From Candidatus Aldehydirespirator sp. (GTDB lineage: Bacteria > Actinomycetota > Acidimicrobiia > Acidimicrobiales > Aldehydirespiratoraceae): a stretch of 64,000 nucleotides of DNA. Location of the stretch: the NCBI GenBank assembly GCA_965220345.1, contig OZ244822.1, forward strand, positions 1,350,669 to 1,414,668. The letters run 5' to 3'. The notes below the pieces were generated by a model. That model was given only the letters and a program-made list of their open reading frames with translations, ran no database searches and had not been told where the DNA came from. Shown here piece after piece: positions 30,547 through 37,251 of this stretch (its first letter is position 1; every line of letters begins with the position of its first letter). A program made the translations under genes and the position numbers.

Positions 30547-31170
30547 TCAGCTAAGGTCAGCAAGCTCGTTGGCAACGACGGGGCAGTCAATGTTTGCGGG
30601 ACCGGAGCGAATGAGGTCAGCGAGCGTGTCGTCATCCACGGGTGCGAAATCCCATGCGTCGACTCCGACGTTGATTTGTCGGTCGTTCTGCCGCCATTTT
30701 TCGTGGATGTGCCCGTGCAGCAGCCAGCCGCCAGTGTCTTCTGGACGATATTGCTGATAGCGCTGGTCATGGTGAGAGTCGTTGCGGTACGGGAAGTGGT
30801 TGACGAGCACATCAACGTCTGCTAGCGAGACCGGCGCAGGGTCATCAAGAATCTCAGCGATCCCGCCAAGACGGTAGTAGACCTCTTTTTGTTTGGGGCC
30901 TTTGCGGTGATGCTGCCAGCAAGCGTCATGGTTGCCTGGCACCAGAATCTTGTGTCCCTTGAGACGCGCCACATGGTCTTTGAGCCGTTTCGGTAGCTGG
31001 TTCATCACTAGGTCACCGAGCATCCACACCTCGTCGCTATCAGCTACAACATCATTCCAGCGTTCCACCATCGCTTCGCTCATCTCATCTGAGTTAGCGA
31101 ACGGACGGGCGCAGTAGCGGATGATGTTCTCATGGCCGAAATGCTGATCAGAAGTCCACCACCGAGTCAT
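30547..31170 (-). CDS. calcineurin-like metallophosphoesterase
   Basis: WWTSDQHFGHENI, MLGDL, VPGNHD, LLHGHIH. Confidence 0.8.
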   Translation of the reverse strand: MTRWWTSDQHFGHENIIRYCARPFANSDEMSEAMVERWNDVVADSDEVWMLGDLVMNQLPKRLKDHVARLKGHKILVPGNHDACWQHHRKGPKQKEVYYRLGGIAEILDDPAPVSLADVDVLVNHFPYRNDSHHDQRYQQYRPEDTGGWLLHGHIHEKWRQNDRQINVGVDAWDFAPVDDDTLADLIRSGPANIDCPVVANELADLS

Positions 31171-31208
31171 ATCATCTAGTCTATCGCTTCATATGGTCTA
31201 CCGCTTTA

Positions 31209-31309
31209 TGTGAGCTACGCCTCACATTTGAGCTATTGTGAGCTACACCTCACATTTGAGCTATTGTGAGTTATGCCTCACATTCCTGTGGTGTGACTTT
31301 CACCTCACA
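31209..31309. promoter_or_regulatory. array of four 18-bp palindromic operators, TGTGAG-N6-CTCACA
   Basis: Sites at 31209-31226, 31237-31254, 31265-31282 and 31292-31309 (the last has TGTGAC as its left half). Spacing is 28/28/27 bp. They lie between the divergent phosphoesterase and XRE genes, and the last ends 21 nt before ATG 31331. Confidence 0.7.
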
Positions 31310-31330
31310 TTTTTCCTGTAAGATGCCGAC

Positions 31331-31636
31331 ATGACTACTCATTCCTGCCCCACCACCAAGTATCCACGCGCTGACACAGCGACCACCACGCGCATGGGGC
31401 GCACTCTCCGCTCAATGCGGCGCGAACTCGGCTTGACACAAGCAGAGACAGCTCGTCGTGCAGGGATGTCCCGAGAGTCCGTTTCCATGATTGAGAGGGG
31501 ACGTAGTACACAGTCGGGGACACTGCTCAACCTTCTGCATGTGCTGGGTTATCACCTAGCCTTCCTTCCCTACACGCCAGAAGAAGAGGCTCTGGTTGAG
31601 CGTGACCAGATGCGGCATCGCATCAATCCAACCTAG
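31331..31636 (+). CDS. XRE-family HTH regulator (HipB-like antitoxin)
   Basis: LRSMRRELGLTQAETARRAGMSRESVSMIERGR. Followed directly by a HipA N-terminal remnant. Confidence 0.85.
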   Translation: MTTHSCPTTKYPRADTATTTRMGRTLRSMRRELGLTQAETARRAGMSRESVSMIERGRSTQSGTLLNLLHVLGYHLAFLPYTPEEEALVERDQMRHRINPT

Positions 31637-31638
31637 CG

Positions 31639-31858
31639 ATGATCTGGTCGCTCCAAGTATTTATGGGGAGGCAGCTTGCTGGGAGAGGCAGCTTGCTGGG
31701 AGAGCCAGCCCCGCCAGATGCTTGGGGGACACATCGCTTTTCGATACGAGGCTGCGTACCAGGAAGACCCGACTAATACGCCCATCTCGGTAACTGCCCC
31801 TCTAACCAACGATGCTTACAATGGCGGTGCCCGACCGCTCAGCATCTGCCTGGATTAG
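31639..31858 (+). pseudogene. HipA-family toxin, frameshifted and truncated N-terminal remnant
   Basis: ATG lies 2 nt after the XRE stop. SLQVFMGRQLAG (frame 1) and GGHIAFRYEAAYQEDPTNTPISVTAPL (frame 2) recall the E. coli HipA N-terminus (LVTWMNNQRVGEL...HTFKYAPEWL...RPLSLSLPL). A 17-bp tandem duplication sits at 31669-31702. The kinase core is absent. Confidence 0.5.
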
Positions 31859-31927
31859 TGCGGACAAGTCATGCGTAGTGCGGACAAGTCATGCGTAGTG
31901 CGGACAAGTCATGCGTAGTGCGGACAA
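31857..31927. repeat. 20-bp tandem direct repeat (agtgcggacaagtcatgcgt), 3 full copies plus 1 partial
   Basis: Perfect copies at 31857-31876, 31877-31896 and 31897-31916, then agtgcggacaa. The array starts exactly where the hipA remnant ends and finishes about 20 nt before ATG 31950. Confidence 0.9.
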
Positions 31928-31949
31928 ATAGTGTGTAGTATGAACGGTA

Positions 31950-33224
31950 ATGGAGAATCCTTTCACGCCTGATTTTGGTTGTCGTCCGTCACGTATGGTC
32001 GGCTCAAACCCGATTTTGAGCAGGGTAGCTGCCACATTAGCAAGTGGTCCCTTGAGACCTGACTTCACGCGACTGCTGCTGGGTCCACGAGGTTCTGGTA
32101 AGACGGTGTTGCTGTATGAGATCGCAGAGAGCGCTGCACGCAACGGGTATTTCGTAGTGTTGGTCGATGCCTCCACTCCTGGACTGCCAGAACGCATCGC
32201 GGCAGGGATTGCAGAAACAAAAAGAGTTCATCCCACACTCAACATCCCCAACAGGCGCCGCCTGTCGGGGATTCACATAGGTCCAGTGGGATTCAATTTT
32301 CAGACAGTACCAGACCCTGAACCTAAGGAAGGGTTGAAACAACATCTACTAGGGATAGCAGCATGGGCAGAGCAGCATGACACTCGTGCAGTCCTCATCG
32401 TTGATGAAGTTCATGCAGGCGAACGCGAAGAGTTGCGGCGTTTAGCCTCAGAGGTGCAAGCCATAACGAAGGGTATGGAGCTGCCGTTGGCGCTGGTTGC
32501 AGCTGGTCTTACAGAGATGACGCACACAGTGCTGCGCGACAAGAAAATGACCTTCTTCCACAGATGCCATCGTGATCATGTTCCTCTCCTAACTCATGAC
32601 GAAGCTTGGAATGGATTGAGAACTATCATCAACGAGGCACAAGGCGAAATCACCCCGGATGCGCTTGATGTGATGGCAGAAGCGCTCGACGGGAGTCTCC
32701 CGTATCATCTGCAAAGCTTGGGGCATCATGCTTGGGTGATGGCGGGAGCACCGACACAACCCATTGATGCTGATGTGGCTGCATCCGCTTTGAAACAAGC
32801 CAGCAAGGATCTAGCCGAACGAATCGTGGAGCCCATGTGGCACGATCTGTCGGACAAAGACCAGATGTATCTAGCCGCTGTAGCAGCCAACGCAGGTAAC
32901 ACCACCCCTTCTGAAATCGCAGAAACCATGGCGATGGTGTTCAGTAGGAAAGAATTACGCCGATCAGAATCTCGTCTAGAAGCGGCCGGGCATATCGAAG
33001 TAACCACCAGCGGCAGGATCGTGATGCAAGGTCCGTTGACCGTAGAAGCACTCCACAAGCTCGAAGAACTAGAAGCGAGATACGAAACTCGAAAAACTTC
33101 GCGTCCTTACCCGGTCACCGTCCCATCCAGAACGCTTTCACGATGCAACTCATATATGCCACGCGTACAAGCTCACTGTGTGCTACCGCGGGGGCATAAA
33201 GGCGGGCACCGCTCCAGAATATGA
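31950..33224 (+). CDS. P-loop NTPase of the Arch_ATPase/AAA_16 type with a C-terminal winged-helix-like region
   Basis: NPFTPDFG...LLLGPRGSGKTVLLYEI (Walker A), VLIVDEVH (Walker B), and C-terminal SEIAETMAMVFSRKELRRSESRLEAAGHIEV. Confidence 0.8.
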   Translation: MENPFTPDFGCRPSRMVGSNPILSRVAATLASGPLRPDFTRLLLGPRGSGKTVLLYEIAESAARNGYFVVLVDASTPGLPERIAAGIAETKRVHPTLNIPNRRRLSGIHIGPVGFNFQTVPDPEPKEGLKQHLLGIAAWAEQHDTRAVLIVDEVHAGEREELRRLASEVQAITKGMELPLALVAAGLTEMTHTVLRDKKMTFFHRCHRDHVPLLTHDEAWNGLRTIINEAQGEITPDALDVMAEALDGSLPYHLQSLGHHAWVMAGAPTQPIDADVAASALKQASKDLAERIVEPMWHDLSDKDQMYLAAVAANAGNTTPSEIAETMAMVFSRKELRRSESRLEAAGHIEVTTSGRIVMQGPLTVEALHKLEELEARYETRKTSRPYPVTVPSRTLSRCNSYMPRVQAHCVLPRGHKGGHRSRI

Positions 33225-33278
33225 ACATCATCGTCACAAGCCGCAACAAAGCACTCCAAGATCAGGGGTGATGCTTAG

Positions 33279-36035
33279 TTAGTCGTTGTCTTTGATGGTT
33301 AAGACGGGTTGTTTGTCGCTGATGTGTACGCCGCCTGTGGGTTCTGATAATACGATTGTGAATGTTTCATCTGGTTCTTTGATGCGATCATTCAACGCGT
33401 ATATCAAACCCATATTTAAAGTCACACCCGGCCTGAAAGACACAGTTGAGGTCCGTAACACGAAATCCTGGCCTGCTGTCGCATATCCAGTACCTGTACC
33501 AAGTATCCCAGGAGTGTACTTAACTGTCACCTGTTCACTAGAAGGCTTGCTCAACCTGAAACGAACAAGATAAAACGGACTCCGACCCTCAACATAAGTA
33601 GCCTCCTCCACAGAAATCGTAACCACATCTGCAGGCGGCGGCGGTGATGGTGGTGGGTTGTCATCATCTGAGACCGTTACTGTTGCTGAAGATGCTGAAG
33701 AGTCCACATCGTAAGCAGCGCTGTTGACTACTGTGACGGTTATTGAGCCGTCGGCTTCGTCAGTGTTGTCGTTGCTGGTTGCGATGGTGAGTGTGGTGGT
33801 GCCGTCGGTTCCGATTGTGATTGTGCGGTGGCCGGTGGTGACTGCGTAGTTGCCGTTAGCTGTGATGTTCACTGATACGTCTAGTGCTGCTGCTGGTGCG
33901 GGGGTTGCGGTGAGCGTGAAGGTTGCGTTGTCGCCTTCGGTTATGTCGCTGTTAGCGGTGATAGCAATCTCAGGAGTAGCTGGCACAGGGTCAACAGGCG
34001 GCACTGGGTCAACCGGTGGTGTGGTTTCGGGTTCGTTTTGGGTTTGGTCTGTTACAGAATCTTCGGTTTGCGGTGGCGGGTTTGCTGCTAATGCGGTGAG
34101 TGCTTCTGCGACTGGGTTCCAGCGGATACGCCAGTAGGTTTGCGCGTATTTTTGTGCTTCAGTCGCGGTCATGGGGGTGCCAGTGAACCCAGGTACGGTT
34201 TCTCCGAAGGCTAGGAGTACTCGTTTCCAACGGTTTACGTGTGCAGCACCGTTTTGGGTTTCTGCTGCATAGCCTTGCACATCAGCTATCAAGCTTTGTG
34301 GGACTGTGTAGCTAGGGGTTTTTATTGTGTCGCCGTTTTCGCTTTGGGGTTGAACCGTTTCTGAGTCCTGCGCTTGTGGTGGTGGGGCTGCTTCTAGCGC
34401 GGTGAGTGCTGTGACTACTGGGTTCCAGCGGGTCCAGCCTTTGTCTGCGTAGGTTTGCGCTTCAGCAGCAGTCATGGATGCTCCCGTGAACCCGGGCACG
34501 GTTTCGCCGAAAGCGACCAGTACACGTTTCCAACGATTCACATGCTCGTCACCGTTGGATGTTTCAGCCGCATAAGAACGAACATCATCAACAAGACTTT
34601 GCGGTACCGTTTCTAAGCTGGTGATAGTGTCTTGGCCTCCTGCGACGACATAAACCGGTGAAATACCATACAGCGGAAATATGAAATGTGAGGAACCCGA
34701 TTGTACATTAATCGGTTTAGCAATGCCGGAATTAGTTAAGGAAGAGTCCCCGGCAATCACTCTACTTCCGCCAAGTGAGGTTCCATTGCCACTCCTGCCA
34801 TTAGTTTGCGTGCCTGTCCAAACACCTCGTAGACTGTTGGTGTAATCGTAGTTATGCGCCGATCCTTGCTCGTTGCGTCGGTTGCTCACTAAATAGTTTT
34901 CCCAGGCATTCGACCAGAAACCCATCCTGTCGGTGTTGCTGTAGTCTTGGCTTACACGTAGTCCATTCAGCCAGTACACTGGCGCTGCGATATCACCAGG
35001 CCGCATCAGTGTGTGAACACGAGCATGCACTGTGGGTGTTGATGCTACTGCCCGATATTTTGACGCGTGTTCTCGTATTGCTATATGACCACGACGTGCT
35101 GCGTTTTGCACGAAAGCGTCGTAATCCGCGATGTCTGCTGATGAGCCGTCACGACCTGTTGATGTTATAAACAACAACCGGAATCTGTCGCCCGATCCTA
35201 TGCCGTCAGGGATCAGCGGCCAATTCTGGGGCACCGCCTGCTGGCTGTTCACAGGGACCTTCGCCCACTCACGCAGATCGGTGATCGCGTCGGCTTGGGC
35301 AACATTTGGTGGGTTGGGGTTTTTGATGCACCATTGCACATAGCCGGTTTCTTTGATGCCGAGGTTACGAAAGAAGCTTCGCATGAACTGTTTATGAACC
35401 CCAAATTGGCCAGGAGTATCAAAACATATGCTATCAACATGAGTTCCAGAACGTTTCGGCATTGTTGATATACCGTCAGTGAAAGACGGCCATGCTACGT
35501 CCCTTTTTTGTGCTGAGTTTCCGTTAACGTCTCTAGGGATCATAGTCAAACCGAAGCTTTTCGACCCATGATCTTTATAGATAGTCTCGCTGCCGCCAGC
35601 TAGCAGCGCATCAAGCTGGATTTCCTCGGTGTGGTAGTAGGTACGGGCTACTCCTACACATGAACGTGGGTTTGGGTGACTTGTTGTCTTACCTTCGAAA
35701 GTGAAAGTCACCGGGTCTAGATAGTGGCCTCCTTCGCATCGGTTTGTGTTGCTGGTGTTTTTGTTCGGGTTTTTGGCTTGCAGCGATACCGACCAAACAC
35801 GATCTGCTTTCACTTCGCAACGCAATTCTTCAGCATCAGACTGCGTTCCTGTGCAATCCGCTACATAGTTAGAGTAATTCACTAACCATTGTGGTAGGTA
35901 GCGTACGCCGTTGGGTTGGGTTCGCCATCCGCCTTGCGCTACAGCAGGAGCGACAGACACAACCCCCAACAAAGCAGCCACAAGCGCACCAGCTACAAAA
36001 CAACCCCCAACACGCCACCCGAGCCGTCGACACAT
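33279..36035 (-). CDS. large secreted surface protein with two Calx-beta-like domains and an internal ~90-aa duplication
   Basis: Signal peptide MCRRLGWRVGGCFVAGALVAALLGVVSVAPAVAQG. A duplicated module VPQSL(V/I)(D/A)DV..YAAET.NG..HVNRWKRVL.AFGETVPGFTG. A C-terminal Calx-beta signature (YATAGQDFV...NDRIKEPDETFTIVL). The ORF is open to a TTG at 36077. Confidence 0.8.
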   Translation of the reverse strand: MCRRLGWRVGGCFVAGALVAALLGVVSVAPAVAQGGWRTQPNGVRYLPQWLVNYSNYVADCTGTQSDAEELRCEVKADRVWSVSLQAKNPNKNTSNTNRCEGGHYLDPVTFTFEGKTTSHPNPRSCVGVARTYYHTEEIQLDALLAGGSETIYKDHGSKSFGLTMIPRDVNGNSAQKRDVAWPSFTDGISTMPKRSGTHVDSICFDTPGQFGVHKQFMRSFFRNLGIKETGYVQWCIKNPNPPNVAQADAITDLREWAKVPVNSQQAVPQNWPLIPDGIGSGDRFRLLFITSTGRDGSSADIADYDAFVQNAARRGHIAIREHASKYRAVASTPTVHARVHTLMRPGDIAAPVYWLNGLRVSQDYSNTDRMGFWSNAWENYLVSNRRNEQGSAHNYDYTNSLRGVWTGTQTNGRSGNGTSLGGSRVIAGDSSLTNSGIAKPINVQSGSSHFIFPLYGISPVYVVAGGQDTITSLETVPQSLVDDVRSYAAETSNGDEHVNRWKRVLVAFGETVPGFTGASMTAAEAQTYADKGWTRWNPVVTALTALEAAPPPQAQDSETVQPQSENGDTIKTPSYTVPQSLIADVQGYAAETQNGAAHVNRWKRVLLAFGETVPGFTGTPMTATEAQKYAQTYWRIRWNPVAEALTALAANPPPQTEDSVTDQTQNEPETTPPVDPVPPVDPVPATPEIAITANSDITEGDNATFTLTATPAPAAALDVSVNITANGNYAVTTGHRTITIGTDGTTTLTIATSNDNTDEADGSITVTVVNSAAYDVDSSASSATVTVSDDDNPPPSPPPPADVVTISVEEATYVEGRSPFYLVRFRLSKPSSEQVTVKYTPGILGTGTGYATAGQDFVLRTSTVSFRPGVTLNMGLIYALNDRIKEPDETFTIVLSEPTGGVHISDKQPVLTIKDND

Positions 36036-36049
36036 GCTAACAACCCCGC

Positions 36050-36061
36050 GGGGGGGGGGGG
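36050..36061. repeat. G12 (C12 on the coding strand) homopolymeric tract at the 5' end of the surface-protein gene
   Basis: Read directly: ...caaccccgc gggggggggggg cagcc... Confidence 0.95.
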
Positions 36062-36388
36062 CAGCCAGCATCAACAAATCTCAACCAACCCCCAAAACGC
36101 TTCACCACACCGGTCATAACAAACCTCCTAAACAGCCCCCACCAAAACAGGCAGGAACCACTACTATCCATAATAAACCCAACCCTACCACACCCCAACC
36201 CCAAACACGCAACGGGAGCACGGGACCAACCAGAAGCAGCCACAAGGGCAGGTCTGATGCGACCTGTCGGGTGGCTAGTTCTCCTGAGGCTGCGGTCAAG
36301 CACTTTCGACATCTGAGCTATGCGGACAGTCCTAGACGCTCAAGCAGAGCCCGTGAACCCGTTAACAACGAAGGCGTTTCTACGCTTT

Positions 36389-37171
36389 TCAGTGAAGGGC
36401 GTGCAGGATTGGGTCGGCTAGTTCGGGTCTACAGATCACCAGATCAGGCAGGTAAGGGTCGGCCTGGTTATAGCGAAGGGGCGAGCCATCAACCCGGCTA
36501 GCTGCAAAGCCTGCGGCCTCAGCTACTGCAACGGGAGCGCATGAGTCCCACTCGTATTGGCCGCCAGTATGCACATACATGTCGGCCTCCCCGGAAACTA
36601 CTGCCATTGCCTTGGCACCTGCTGAACCCAGCGGAGTGATCTCCGCATCCAGCGCGACTGCTACAGCATGAGCTTTTTGAGTGACGCGTTTACGTGACAC
36701 CACCATCCGAGCGGGACCGTTGCGCCTTGCGGGCATCGCTGGCGGATCAGCCGTCGAGAACACCAGCCCCAAAGCTGGCAGCGCCACCGCTCCCACCACG
36801 GGACGATGGTCGATGACTAGCGCCACATGAACCGCCCAGTCCACACGAGGCGGCCAGCAATATTGCTCGGTGCCATCAAGCGGGTCGATCACCCAGACAC
36901 GCTCGGCATTGAGTCGTGACGAGTCGTCGTCGCCTTCCTCAGATAGCACAGCGTCGCCGGGACGCGCCGCAGCTAACTGTTGCGCCAGCAGTTCATGAGC
37001 TTGCCTGTCACCTTCAAGCCCTAACTCTGGGCCGATTATCCCATGAGCGTTTAGCCGCGCTCGCAGTTCCACTAGCAACGTGCCAGCGGTGTTCGCTAAT
37101 TCTGCAGCTAAGCGGTGGTCGTCTAGAGTTGGTTCTGCAGCGCTCAAACTGCCGTCATTGCTGCTACTCAA
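36389..37171 (-). CDS. cysQ: 3'(2'),5'-bisphosphate nucleotidase / inositol monophosphatase family
   Basis: VLSEEGDDD, WVIDPLDGT, and YEWDSCAPVAVAEAAG. Confidence 0.8.
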   Translation of the reverse strand: MSSSNDGSLSAAEPTLDDHRLAAELANTAGTLLVELRARLNAHGIIGPELGLEGDRQAHELLAQQLAAARPGDAVLSEEGDDDSSRLNAERVWVIDPLDGTEQYCWPPRVDWAVHVALVIDHRPVVGAVALPALGLVFSTADPPAMPARRNGPARMVVSRKRVTQKAHAVAVALDAEITPLGSAGAKAMAVVSGEADMYVHTGGQYEWDSCAPVAVAEAAGFAASRVDGSPLRYNQADPYLPDLVICRPELADPILHALH

Positions 37172-37251
37172 AGAGTTGAGGTCAACGTCGGGGCTGTGAC
37201 CGCGTCTAGGGCTGCTAGGGCTGTGGCTGTCGGTGCTGTCGTGGAGCGGTT

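Noticed and set aside
30375-30815. 146-aa minus-strand ORF bridging the DUF4143 fragment and the phosphoesterase gene
   Set aside because: It is out of frame with both recognisable genes and overlaps them. Its Thr/Ser-rich composition carries no motif.
31857-31927. Possible CRISPR array (also considered for 41871-41920 and 55435-55526)
   Set aside because: The repeats are contiguous, with no unique spacers between them. There are only 3-5 units, and no cas genes are in the window.
35911-36501. 196-aa Pro/Thr/Lys-rich plus-strand ORF spanning the CA-rich intergenic region
   Set aside because: Low-complexity translation of a strand-skewed non-coding region. It overlaps the 5' end of the surface-protein gene and the 3' end of cysQ. 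There is no plausible RBS or motif.
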